Part shown: piece after piece, positions 8,599 to 18,598 of the stretch | Layout: the number at the start of each line of letters is the position of its first letter | Position numbering within the stretch: the first letter of the stretch is position 1 | NCBI GenBank assembly: GCA_964410735.1 | Contig: CAYPIF010000027.1 | Location: forward strand, 484-64,483 | Direction: 5' to 3' | DNA from: an uncultured Thermoplasmatales archaeon | GTDB taxonomy: Archaea > Thermoplasmatota > E2 > DHVEG-1 | Length of the DNA: 64,000 bases | Notes under the pieces: model-generated | Databases searched by the model: none | What the model was told of the DNA's origin: nothing | What the model saw: only the letters and a program-made list of their open reading frames with translations | Position numbers and translations under genes: made by a program

Positions 8599-10827
8599 AT
8601 GAAGATAATAATAATCATACTAGTGGGACAAATGATAAAAAGAAAAATTATTATCTTTCTAATTATAGGCTTAGTTGTGTTCTCATCATCAACTGTTTTT
8701 TCTAAACAAAATTCTACTGAAACAAAGTCGATCGTTTTTCAGTATGATCATCCTCTATTATATAACAATGACGTATCAACGATAGTTGCAGATATGCAAA
8801 CCGATTCTCAATTGATCCGATCTGGATACTATCAAATCCCCAATGAGGTTCAAGATATTCTTCTTCCTAAGGGTGCAAAAATCGAATCCATTGAATGTAT
8901 GTTCGGTGAGATCCATAGGCTTAAAATAGATGCATCTTTACCTGTTACTCCTCAAGCACGACCGTTAAATATGATTGTTCAACAAGAAACACCAATGGAA
9001 CTGGTGGATCCAAAGACGATAGATGAATGGTTTACTTACTCGGTTGGCACGGGTATTGTTGAAGATATTAATCAGTTAATTGTTCGTTTGGAAATATTTC
9101 CAGCACGATATCAGCCTGAATCTGATACAATACTCTGGGTTGATTCGATAGAGATTGACATAACGTATGATACTCCAACAAGTCCCAGTGAGCCATCAGC
9201 TTATGATGACCTCTATAGTTTACTGGTTATTGGTCCAGAGGAGTTTTCAACAAACTTAGTACCTTTAGTTGATCATAAGAATGCACGAGAGGTTCCAACA
9301 ATATTTGTATCTTTAAGTGATATTTATTCAGGTCAATATTTTTCGGTTCAAGGCAGAGACGATGCTGAGAAGATAAAATATTTCATCAAAAATGCCCTTG
9401 ATGAATGGGGTATTAATAACGTCATGCTTGTCGGTGGATCCGCATTGATTCCAACCAGAGATACCCATATTAAGGTATCAAATAGTGATATGGAGATATT
9501 TGTGAGCGATTTATACTATGCAGATATATATAACAAGTCCGATGGTTTTTCTAGTTGGGATACGAACGATAATAATATTTTTGCTGAATTTAATTGGGAT
9601 GGTGAAAACGATGAAATGGATCTTTATCCTGATGTATATCTTGGGAGACTTGCATGTGTCGACCAGACTGAGGTTGATACTGTTGTGAATAAGATTATTG
9701 CATATGAAACCAGTGAGCCATTTCTTCAGGATTGGTTTTCGAAGATTATTGTTGTTGGTGGTGATTCATTTATCAGTGAAGAGTATGATCCAGAACAAAC
9801 ACCGGAAGGTGAATACGTCAATCAAGAGATCATAAATATTTTAGGAGCGTATAAGCCTGTTACATTGTGGGCCAGTACTGGTGTTCTTAGCGGGACGGTT
9901 CCAACAGGTGCTACTAGTATATCTGACACAATCAACCAGGGTGCAGGGTTTATTGATTTCTCAGGACATGGAAATACGAATGTGTATGCAACTCATCCAA
10001 TAGGAAATTCAAACATCTGGATTCCAACACCGCTTGGCGGATATTTCAATTCAAATATCAAAGAATTATCAAATCATGATAAACTCCCTATCGTTGTGAC
10101 CGGCGCATGCAGTGTAGGTAAATTCAATAAGGATGATGATTGTTTTTCATGGTCCTTTGTTGCAAGTCCAAATGGAGGGGGTATAGGTTCATTTGGATCT
10201 ACCGGTCTTGGATATGCTTACATTGGTGAATCAGTGACTACTGGACTTGTTGAAAAAATGGCCATTGATATGTTTAGAGCGTATGATTCTAATGTAAATA
10301 CATTAGGCGAAATGTGGTCATATGGCATATATGCTAACATTCGGAGTAGAATGGATGCAGGCCAACATAAAACAGTGCTTGAATGGCAGCATTTCGGGGA
10401 TCCAACATTAACTATTGCTGCAGAGACATCAGCACCGTCAAAACCAGTGATAACGGGTCCGTCTACAGGTAAAGCTGGTAGAGAGTATACCTATGAGGCT
10501 GTATGTACTGATCCAGATGGTGATGATGTATATTATCTCTTTGATTGGGGTGATGGAACATATTCGGATATTGTGGGTCCTTATTCATCAGGAGAGACCA
10601 TTAGTTTGCAAAACATATGGGATCAAAACGGTGAATATGAAGTACGAGTAGCAGCTAGAGATAGTAATGGTCGAAGTAGTGATTGGTCTAATCCATTGCC
10701 AGTTTCCATGCCAAATAGACATAGTATGTCCTATCAGTTTTTTGAGCGTTTATTTCAAAGAGATGGTTTTGCAATACAACTTTTTGAAGATTTCTTTGAA
10801 GAATATCTGATAAATATGGGTGTCTAA
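8599..10827 (+). CDS. Secreted clan CD cysteine peptidase (C25/gingipain-like) with a C-terminal PKD-like domain and conserved tail.
   Basis: Signal anchor, then a His-Gly motif (IDFSGHGNTN) and Ala-Cys motif (VVTGACSVGKF) spaced about 50 aa apart as in clan CD enzymes. The PKD-like module is CTDPDGDDVYYLFDWGDGTYSD...SDWSNPLPVSMP. Confidence 0.75.
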   Translation: MKIIIIILVGQMIKRKIIIFLIIGLVVFSSSTVFSKQNSTETKSIVFQYDHPLLYNNDVSTIVADMQTDSQLIRSGYYQIPNEVQDILLPKGAKIESIECMFGEIHRLKIDASLPVTPQARPLNMIVQQETPMELVDPKTIDEWFTYSVGTGIVEDINQLIVRLEIFPARYQPESDTILWVDSIEIDITYDTPTSPSEPSAYDDLYSLLVIGPEEFSTNLVPLVDHKNAREVPTIFVSLSDIYSGQYFSVQGRDDAEKIKYFIKNALDEWGINNVMLVGGSALIPTRDTHIKVSNSDMEIFVSDLYYADIYNKSDGFSSWDTNDNNIFAEFNWDGENDEMDLYPDVYLGRLACVDQTEVDTVVNKIIAYETSEPFLQDWFSKIIVVGGDSFISEEYDPEQTPEGEYVNQEIINILGAYKPVTLWASTGVLSGTVPTGATSISDTINQGAGFIDFSGHGNTNVYATHPIGNSNIWIPTPLGGYFNSNIKELSNHDKLPIVVTGACSVGKFNKDDDCFSWSFVASPNGGGIGSFGSTGLGYAYIGESVTTGLVEKMAIDMFRAYDSNVNTLGEMWSYGIYANIRSRMDAGQHKTVLEWQHFGDPTLTIAAETSAPSKPVITGPSTGKAGREYTYEAVCTDPDGDDVYYLFDWGDGTYSDIVGPYSSGETISLQNIWDQNGEYEVRVAARDSNGRSSDWSNPLPVSMPNRHSMSYQFFERLFQRDGFAIQLFEDFFEEYLINMGV

Positions 10828-10936
10828 CTAGAAAATGAACGGTGACTAATTGATATGAGGAAACATTTATATAAGAATGAAACTTATATTATAAATAGTA
10901 TAAGCTATACATGTAACCTATAGGGGGACGAAAAAG

Positions 10937-12844
10937 ATGAAAAAAATATTGACACTATTTTTGATAGGTGTTCTTTTCATTAGTGGACTTGGCGTAAGTG
11001 CACTTCAGAAAGATGAGGGCTCTATCAATACAATGGCAGAGAGAACAACTATTTTTGTTTCAGATCCTGTTATTGTAGACGCTGAAGAATACGTAAGAAT
11101 CAATGTGGACCAAGCTACATCATATACTCATGAGGCAGGAAAACCTATGCTGCCCGTGTTCACAACGGTGTATACTGTTCCACTTGGATCGAAGATCAAC
11201 TCAATAGATGTTTCATTTGATGTTGAGCAATCTGTCCTTGCAAAGAAGGTAAAACCTGCAACTGCTCCTGTTCCATTGACTGATTTGCTTCCAGTGGATA
11301 TTGAAGCAGCAACATCTGTTTTTGATGAGGCTACGTACATGAGCGATTCGTTATATCCATCACAATCATATGTTGTACGAAAAGGTGCAGGTGTACAGAA
11401 TGGTGAGCATGTGATGTTTGTGACAATTGATTGTTACAGTCAATATTCACCTGCAACTGATACGGTCTATATGCCTGATGAGATTGATATCAATATGATG
11501 TATGAGCAACCTAGTGCTCCAATGTTTGCAATGGATGAATATGACATGCTTATCATTACAACTAATGAATTTGAGGGTATGCTCCAGCCACTTGTGACTC
11601 ATAAGAACGCAATGGGTGTAAAAACCATCATTGATACGGTTGAGAACATATATCCAGCATATTCTGGTCGTGATGATGCAGAAGATATTAAATTGCGTAT
11701 AAAAGATGCAGTTGAAGAATGGGGTATTGAATATGTGCTTATTGCAGGAGGGCGCGATGGTCAAACTCTTAACTGGCATGTTCCATCTAGGACCACAAAT
11801 AATGATGATGGTTGGGAAGCAGGTTACGAAAGTGATTTGTATTTCGCTGATATTTATAAAATAAATGAAGAGAATGAGACTGTCTTTGAGGATTGGGATA
11901 GCGATGGTGATGGTGTGTTTGCTGAATTTGGTTTCCGTGGGGATAAAATGGATTATTATCCAGATATTACAATTGGGAGACTTCCATTCCGCTCAAGTAA
12001 TGAGATTGAAGCAGTTGTTCAAAAGATTATTACCTACGAAACAACCGCCGATGATTCATGGTTTAAGAAAGGTATAGTTATCTCTGGTGATACATTCCCT
12101 CCAAGTCGCGGAGGCGATCCAGGTTGGTGGGAAGGTGAAATGGAAACAGGCCATACTGTTGATATGTTGGAAAGTATTGGGTTCACCATGAACAAACTCT
12201 GGCTTTCGATTCCGGGATCATGGGAAGGGCCTCAAGATTTTATAGATGCGGTAAATGAGGGTGCTGGTTTCATTCATTTTGCTGGACATAGCAACCCTGC
12301 ATCATGGGGTAATCATCCACCCGATGATGAAGATCATGTATTTGTTGATGGGTATCGGATATGGGATAACCCCAAGTTCACAAATGAAGGCGAATACCCA
12401 ATGGTTATTCTCGGTGGTTGTCATAGTGCTCAGTTCAATGTAACTCTCTCTCATATCATTACCGGAATAAAACAATATGGTATTATGGGTTATTTCTTTA
12501 CGTCACCATTCCGTTTTTACTATTACGAATGGGTGCCACATGATTTATCATCATGGTTTGTTCTGAATCAAGATGCAGGGGCTATTGGATGTACGGGCAA
12601 CACAGGTCTTGGATATGGATATGTCAACGAAGGCGCTGATCAAGGTCTTGGCGGTTGGATAGAACCCCGTTTCTTTGATGCATATGTCAATCAGAGTATA
12701 GATATAGCTGGGCGATGTCATGATCAAGCGATTATTGATTATATCAATATCATTGGTAATGTGAACAGTGACCAAATTGATAGAAAGACCATAGAAGAGT
12801 GGGTCCTTCTTGGAGATCCATCAATTAAACTGGGTGGATATTAA
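10937..12844 (+). CDS. Secreted clan CD (C25-like) cysteine peptidase paralog.
   Basis: Signal peptide (LTLFLIGVLFISGLGVSA), a Shine-Dalgarno-like aggggga 8 nt upstream, FIHFAGHSNPAS (His), ILGGCHSAQF (Cys), and a C-terminal LLGDPSIKLGGY. It is homologous to 8599..10827 and 15693..17591. Confidence 0.75.
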   Translation: MKKILTLFLIGVLFISGLGVSALQKDEGSINTMAERTTIFVSDPVIVDAEEYVRINVDQATSYTHEAGKPMLPVFTTVYTVPLGSKINSIDVSFDVEQSVLAKKVKPATAPVPLTDLLPVDIEAATSVFDEATYMSDSLYPSQSYVVRKGAGVQNGEHVMFVTIDCYSQYSPATDTVYMPDEIDINMMYEQPSAPMFAMDEYDMLIITTNEFEGMLQPLVTHKNAMGVKTIIDTVENIYPAYSGRDDAEDIKLRIKDAVEEWGIEYVLIAGGRDGQTLNWHVPSRTTNNDDGWEAGYESDLYFADIYKINEENETVFEDWDSDGDGVFAEFGFRGDKMDYYPDITIGRLPFRSSNEIEAVVQKIITYETTADDSWFKKGIVISGDTFPPSRGGDPGWWEGEMETGHTVDMLESIGFTMNKLWLSIPGSWEGPQDFIDAVNEGAGFIHFAGHSNPASWGNHPPDDEDHVFVDGYRIWDNPKFTNEGEYPMVILGGCHSAQFNVTLSHIITGIKQYGIMGYFFTSPFRFYYYEWVPHDLSSWFVLNQDAGAIGCTGNTGLGYGYVNEGADQGLGGWIEPRFFDAYVNQSIDIAGRCHDQAIIDYINIIGNVNSDQIDRKTIEEWVLLGDPSIKLGGY

Positions 12845-12890
12845 ACACCCTCTCTTTTCCCTTTTTTTTATATATTTTTTTTTTGTGAAT
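12845..12890 (+). terminator. Oligo-T tract after the peptidase paralog.
   Basis: ctcttttcccttttttt...tttttttttttg lies directly downstream of the stop codon. Confidence 0.35.
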
Positions 12891-13048
12891 ATTTTCCTAT
12901 GTTGTTTCAACTGTAGAAAGACAGGATGAAATGTGATTGTTGCCCAAATAGCTTTATGACTTTTTTAAAATCATACAGTGAGTACTCAATTTTTTGAGAT
13001 AACGGTTATTCCTGTATGGGTAATAACGGGCAACTATGGTAAAAGTTT

Positions 13049-14029
13049 ATGAGGCAACATTTTTTGATGGGTGTGCCTATGCGATTTAGAAAATTCCTTG
13101 CAGGTATCGGTATTGTTCTTTTTATTTATTTATTGTCAACACTGGATTTTGCCACAATGAAGGATATTTTCATCTCAATTGATAGTAAATATCTTATCCC
13201 TTGTTTATTCATGGTTGTCCCTGTTGCTCTCTTAAGTAATTATCAGTGGCAAGTCCTTTTGAGACATCATAAGATGAAGATCGGTTTTTTTAGGTCTTTG
13301 AAAAATATATTTATTGGATATTTTTATGGTTTCATAACACCTGGTGGGATAGGTGGATATACCCGTATTCTCTATCTTCATGATCAAACAAAGATACCAT
13401 TGAAAAAATGTGTTTCAAATATCGTGTTGCATAACACTGTTGATTATATCTCCCTTCTCTTAATTGGTTTTATTGGCGGCCTATTATTAACCCTGCGCTT
13501 TCCTCAATTGTATACTTTTGAGGTACTTATCTTGGTTCTTATTTGTATTGTCCTTCTGCTTTTGTATGTGTTCATTGTTAAAAAGGAAAAACTTAAGCAT
13601 GCTTTCAATCTCCTTCTCAGGTCATCGTTTTTCAATCCATATCGTAATCGATTAGGTGGTACTATCGAGGAGTTCTATGAGGATCTTCCGTTGCTATATG
13701 ACCTTTTCTTTCCGTTTGTACTCTCAGTTGCTGGATGGGTGTTACGGTTTTTTGAATTTTATCTTATTGCTCAGCTTTTTTCGGTTTCGGTGCCATTGGT
13801 CTATTTTATTGCGATCTTCTCTGTCTCCGATGTTGTTGCTTCGATACCAATAACGATCTATGGTTTAGGGACACGTGAGCTTGCGTTGATAAGTCTGTTC
13901 TCATTATTCCGTGTGCCAGCTGAGAATGTTATAGGTCTTTCGTTGTTTCTTTTTGTGATATCTTGGATTCTACCCAGTGTCTTTGGTGCCTTTGTCACGG
14001 TATTGGAGGGAAAGAATACATCTTGCTAA
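13049..14029 (+). CDS. Polytopic membrane protein of the UPF0104 / lysylphosphatidylglycerol-synthase-TM (flippase-like) family.
   Basis: About 8 predicted TM helices, a conserved ITPGGIGGYTR motif, and a later GTRELA motif typical of the MprF flippase-like TM domain. Confidence 0.5.
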   Translation: MRQHFLMGVPMRFRKFLAGIGIVLFIYLLSTLDFATMKDIFISIDSKYLIPCLFMVVPVALLSNYQWQVLLRHHKMKIGFFRSLKNIFIGYFYGFITPGGIGGYTRILYLHDQTKIPLKKCVSNIVLHNTVDYISLLLIGFIGGLLLTLRFPQLYTFEVLILVLICIVLLLLYVFIVKKEKLKHAFNLLLRSSFFNPYRNRLGGTIEEFYEDLPLLYDLFFPFVLSVAGWVLRFFEFYLIAQLFSVSVPLVYFIAIFSVSDVVASIPITIYGLGTRELALISLFSLFRVPAENVIGLSLFLFVISWILPSVFGAFVTVLEGKNTSC

Positions 14030-14100
14030 GCAATGGAGTGTATTTTTGGAATGGATGTAGGAATAGTTTTTAACATTCCGTTGTTTACCTCTAGTGGTGG

Positions 14101-14766
14101 TTGGTACTGTTGAAACTTGACGAAAAAATCGTTTCATCGTTTACAGAATACATGAAACGATTTTCAGGAATGTATCGTTCTCTATCAGAGCTTCTCTCAA
14201 ATCAATTTTCTCAAAAGAATGATCTGGTCATTGTTGATGTAGGCTGTGGTCCAGGGCTGTTATTGAACGAGTTGAACCATGATTTTCAAGGGTCAACTAT
14301 CATGGGTATTGATGTTTCTCTTGAAATGTTACAAGGTGCTCTTAAAGATAGAAATGGATCTAAGAATTCTCAGATTGTGCTTGCACTGGCATCATCAGAA
14401 GCATTTCCGTTAAAAAACCATAGTGTTGATGCGATTGTTTCAAGATATAGTCTTCCCTACTGGTTTCAACCTTCTGTTGCATTTGCTGAATTTAATCGTT
14501 CGTTGAAACCGGGTGGTGTTTTACTTTTGGAAGCGTTGAATGCTGATTTCCCTCGTTGGAAACTAACATTCATTAAATACAAGATGATATTTAGAAGAGC
14601 ATCTGATGAAGTCATCACGTACCATATAGACGCGTACAAGTCAGCATATTCCCTTAGCGAGATACGATCGTTTCTTAACAAAGCACATTTCACTATCCAA
14701 AAGGTTATTGGATCCACCTCTGAATGGAAATTTATCATCATTGCGACTAAAAAAAATGTTACATGA
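14101..14766 (+). CDS. Class I SAM-dependent methyltransferase.
   Basis: Motif I VIVDVGCGPGLL, a post-I acidic residue, and an LKPGGVLLLEA motif. Confidence 0.7.
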   Translation: MVLLKLDEKIVSSFTEYMKRFSGMYRSLSELLSNQFSQKNDLVIVDVGCGPGLLLNELNHDFQGSTIMGIDVSLEMLQGALKDRNGSKNSQIVLALASSEAFPLKNHSVDAIVSRYSLPYWFQPSVAFAEFNRSLKPGGVLLLEALNADFPRWKLTFIKYKMIFRRASDEVITYHIDAYKSAYSLSEIRSFLNKAHFTIQKVIGSTSEWKFIIIATKKNVT

Positions 14767-14859
14767 TTGCTTTGGTATAATTCTTTTATACAAAAAAAAT
14801 GTTTTATGATATGTCTTAAAATCGTTCACATACATTTATTATTGAGTAAAAAATTCTAG

Positions 14860-15609
14860 GTGCCCATGAATAAGAAAGATTCAGATCGTGCTAAAAAACC
14901 AGGTTTTATTGTTGGATACAGTATTCTTGTTCTCATTCTCTTCATAGTTTTATCCATTGGCTTTCTCCCTTTTGTTCTTTTAGCTCGTGTCGTTTTTTTC
15001 TATTTCGATCCATCTGTGATATGGATGTGGTTGGCTCTCCCCTTTGTTCTATATATTTTCCTTGCGGTCATTCTTTTTTCAGAGATACTCATATCAGGGT
15101 TTATCATAAAAACAGCTCATATCTCTTACAAGCCAGGAGTATACGAATATTCATTTAAGGATAGAAACTCGTTCAAATGGATCCTTGTTTGCTCACTATA
15201 TACGCCGTTTCGCAAGATCCTTGAGATTGTTCCTGTTGGCGGTCTCAAAAACCTGTATTTCAGATTACTTGGGATGAAAATTGGTGAGAACACCTTAGTT
15301 GGTGGAGTCATAAAGGATCCTTGTGTGACAACATTTGGAAAGAATACCACAATGGGAGAATATGCGATAATTTATGGTCATATCCAAGATTATTCCAAAG
15401 GGACATTAACAGTGAAACCAGTTACTATTGGTGATAATTGTGTTATTGGTGCTGGCGCAATCCTAATGCCGGGTGCCACTGTCGAAGATGATGTGAACAT
15501 CGCAGCTGGTTCCGTTGTCACTTCAAATCAAGTCCTAAAAAAAGGAAAGACCTATGCAGGCATCCCAGCAAAAGAGATCGTTATTAAAAAAATGGAATCG
15601 AAAATATAG
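14860..15609 (+). CDS. Membrane-anchored hexapeptide-repeat (left-handed beta-helix) acyl/acetyltransferase.
   Basis: Two N-terminal TM helices, then hexapeptide repeats in the C-terminus (VTIGDNCVIGAGAILMPGATVEDDVNIAAGSVVT). Confidence 0.7.
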   Translation: MPMNKKDSDRAKKPGFIVGYSILVLILFIVLSIGFLPFVLLARVVFFYFDPSVIWMWLALPFVLYIFLAVILFSEILISGFIIKTAHISYKPGVYEYSFKDRNSFKWILVCSLYTPFRKILEIVPVGGLKNLYFRLLGMKIGENTLVGGVIKDPCVTTFGKNTTMGEYAIIYGHIQDYSKGTLTVKPVTIGDNCVIGAGAILMPGATVEDDVNIAAGSVVTSNQVLKKGKTYAGIPAKEIVIKKMESKI

Positions 15610-15645
15610 CAATTTTGTACTTTTTATCAAAAATGAGTGCAAACC

Positions 15646-15672
15646 TTTTTATTTTTTTAGTACATTATATTA
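15646..15672 (+). promoter_or_regulatory. Putative BRE/TATA promoter for the 15693 peptidase gene.
   Basis: An A/T box (ttttatttttttag / cattatattatataa) lies 20-45 nt upstream of the ATG, followed by a Shine-Dalgarno-like aggggg. Confidence 0.3.
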
Positions 15673-15692
15673 TATAATTAGGGGGCCCCCAA

Positions 15693-17591
15693 ATGAAAAA
15701 GATAATTGGACTATTATTGGTACTAGCTTTCTGTGTGCAAGGTTTTAGTGTCCTTGCGTTACAGAATGAAAAAGATACAATACAGATGCAGGAGACTATC
15801 TCATTAGGAATTCCACAGATCATCGAAAGAGAGGATACCTATGTTTTTGTTGATCATGAACTTGCAACATCGTATACTATGGAACCCGGTAATCCGTTAC
15901 TACCTAGGATAACAAAGGTATACCAGATACCACTCAATGCAGAGCTTTCTTCGGTTGATGTCATCTATTCTTCGGTTCATTCACTGTCTATTCCATCTCA
16001 GGTGAAACCATCACCAAAACCGGTCATTGACGGATCATTTGAGGATCCTTTTGTTAAGCCTAATGATGTTGTTTACGGGCAGCCAGATGCTTATCCTGGT
16101 ACAACCTATACTGTCCGTGAGGTTGCTGGACTTGATGGACAGACTCATGTTCGATATGTGGCAGTAACATGTTTTCCTGTGCAATACTATCCATCTGAGA
16201 ATATGATAACTTATGCAGAAGATATGATGATATCATTAAACTATATTGATCCTAAAGAAACAGTTACGTATCCTGATGAATATGATTTAATGGTAATTGC
16301 TCCAGAGGAGTTTGGCTCATCTTTACAATCATTTATCGACCATAAGAATGAGAACGGAGTTTCAACATATCTAGAAACGCTTGAAACAATATATACAACA
16401 TTCACTGAGGGAAGAAATCCTCGTGAGCAAATAAAATATGCGATAAAAGATGCCATTGAGACAAAAGGTATCACCTATGTCCTTCTTGTTGGTGGTCATG
16501 TAGGTCAAACTCATGAATGGTATACACCGGTCCAATACGGGCAATCATTGAGTGAAGAGGCATATTTAAGTGATTTATATTATGCTGATGTTTATCGTGT
16601 TGAGAATAACCAAACGGTCTTTGAGGACTGGGATAGTGATGGTGATGGTAATATCGCTGAGTTCAAAATGTTCGAAAAGGATATTATTGATGGTGCTCCA
16701 GATGTTTATGTAGGTCGTCTAGCTGTTCGTTCTCTAGATGAGCTTAATACTGTTCTTTCAAAAATAATTCAATATGAAGCTAAGAAAGCGGATGAATCCT
16801 GGTTTAAAAAGATGTTGCTCATTGGTGGTGATACCTATCCAGAATCATCAGGTGGCGTATGTGAGGCTGAGATTGATACGAATCTCTCAGCAAGTTTTAT
16901 GACCGGTTTTACCTTTGAACGTCTCTGGGCATCGCTTGGAACGTTAACCGGTCAACCTGATGTTGAGGATGCATTCAATGAGGGTGCTGGTTTTGTCCAT
17001 ATGGCGGGTCATGCGAATCCTGCAAGTCTTGTCACCTTTCCACCGGGGGATGCTAAGAAGGAACAAAAGATAATCATCATGGCAATGTATAATTTCTATT
17101 CGTTTCCAAATGTCAACCCAAGCTTAACAAATAAAGATATGTTGCCTGTTGTAATTGTGGGTGGTTGCCATAATAGTCAATTCAATGTTACCCTAGCAAA
17201 TATAGTTGATGGTATAAAGGAATATGGTATTATGGGATATTTCTTTAGCACACCTTATAAGTTCTTTTATATGGAATGGGTGCCAAAATGTTGGAGCTGG
17301 TGGTTAGTGAGCAACCCTGATGGTGGTTCGATAGCGACCCTTGGAAACACGGGTCTTGGTATGGGGATCCAGGATGAAGGATATGTCACGGGTCTTGATG
17401 GTTGGTTGTTCCCACGGTTCTTTTATCATTATGGACAAATGGGAGAGCAGAACATTGGAATGGCTCAAGGATCAGCAATTACTGATTATGTCCTTGAATT
17501 TGATATCAATGCAGATGGTAATGATAGGCAGATGGTACAGCAATGGGCTTTACTTGGTGACCCAAGTTTACTACCTGGTGGTTATAGTTAG
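15693..17591 (+). CDS. Secreted clan CD (C25-like) cysteine peptidase paralog.
   Basis: Signal peptide (IGLLLVLAFCVQGFSVLA), FVHMAGHANPAS (His), VVIVGGCHNSQFN (Cys), and a C-terminal LLGDPSLLPGGYS. It is homologous to 10937..12844. Confidence 0.75.
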   Translation: MKKIIGLLLVLAFCVQGFSVLALQNEKDTIQMQETISLGIPQIIEREDTYVFVDHELATSYTMEPGNPLLPRITKVYQIPLNAELSSVDVIYSSVHSLSIPSQVKPSPKPVIDGSFEDPFVKPNDVVYGQPDAYPGTTYTVREVAGLDGQTHVRYVAVTCFPVQYYPSENMITYAEDMMISLNYIDPKETVTYPDEYDLMVIAPEEFGSSLQSFIDHKNENGVSTYLETLETIYTTFTEGRNPREQIKYAIKDAIETKGITYVLLVGGHVGQTHEWYTPVQYGQSLSEEAYLSDLYYADVYRVENNQTVFEDWDSDGDGNIAEFKMFEKDIIDGAPDVYVGRLAVRSLDELNTVLSKIIQYEAKKADESWFKKMLLIGGDTYPESSGGVCEAEIDTNLSASFMTGFTFERLWASLGTLTGQPDVEDAFNEGAGFVHMAGHANPASLVTFPPGDAKKEQKIIIMAMYNFYSFPNVNPSLTNKDMLPVVIVGGCHNSQFNVTLANIVDGIKEYGIMGYFFSTPYKFFYMEWVPKCWSWWLVSNPDGGSIATLGNTGLGMGIQDEGYVTGLDGWLFPRFFYHYGQMGEQNIGMAQGSAITDYVLEFDINADGNDRQMVQQWALLGDPSLLPGGYS

Positions 17592-18028
17592 AAACCATCT
17601 CCTTCTCTTTTTTATTATTTAATTTAAATTTTTATACAAAAATTTAAAAAGGCTGTATCGCTATAATAATATGGGGTTGTAGAGTACCTAGAAGGGTAAT
17701 TTTTCATCTCATCCTCACCACCTTCGTCTTTCTCGGTCTTTACAATCCCCTAACTTTCAGCTTTCAATGTGGCATTTTCTAACTATATAAAAGGTTTTGC
17801 TTGAGAATGATGTATGTTTGGTAACATACGATAGAACCACAGTATCCTATTATCATTATTCTTTTAAAAAAAGGTTTGAGGCTGAAAAAGGAATCTATCG
17901 AAAAAGTAGGCATGGTTTAAATCATCAGTTTTAAAAGTAATTTGTCTTTATCATAGTTAGGTGTGGATAAGAGTGATGAATATTGATACTATGGTGATTT
18001 AGTACATATGTTTGGGAGGTAGGAGCTG

Positions 18029-18598
18029 ATGGTTAAGGAGGATATTGAGGAATTAAAACGATTTGGGCAGGGGATTAATGGTTCCCCAGAAAAATTGAAA
18101 TCAAATACGCAATCTTCATTAGAGACGTCCCGTCATCTTCATTTTAAAGAGCATGCGTATCGATTGATGCAAAGAATACCATCTAGTATTACATTGTGTT
18201 TTAAACCATTTAAGAAAATAAAACAGAGAGTGTTCTCAAAAACCCGACTAGAATCAATTAAATTTAGAGTTCTTAACAAGGGCTATGTAAAAGTACAGTT
18301 AAGAAATCCTTCACCCGAATATTTCACTAGGCTCATCGAAACAAAAAAACAGATCGGGGATACTACCATCATCATCAGGAAACGTGTACACTTCCAGGTA
18401 CCATCCGATTATAATCAAAAGCTTTCCAATGATTCCACTGAACCCTCACTATATTATTATCATCAGCGTCTGAATAACCATCAGGTGATCTTGAAAAACC
18501 ATCAAGATTTCGAATCTCTTTTTGACTTGCCTATGGTATCAGATAAAACGAAGTATTCCTTTAAAGATAGAGTTCGATTATTTTTCCTTAGGTTTTGA
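18029..18598 (+). CDS. Hypothetical basic protein with no recognisable domain.
   Basis: The ORF is only 189 aa, lysine/arginine-rich, preceded by a 437-bp ORF-free region, and overlaps the end of the CN-hydrolase gene. It may be spurious. Confidence 0.25.
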   Translation: MVKEDIEELKRFGQGINGSPEKLKSNTQSSLETSRHLHFKEHAYRLMQRIPSSITLCFKPFKKIKQRVFSKTRLESIKFRVLNKGYVKVQLRNPSPEYFTRLIETKKQIGDTTIIIRKRVHFQVPSDYNQKLSNDSTEPSLYYYHQRLNNHQVILKNHQDFESLFDLPMVSDKTKYSFKDRVRLFFLRF

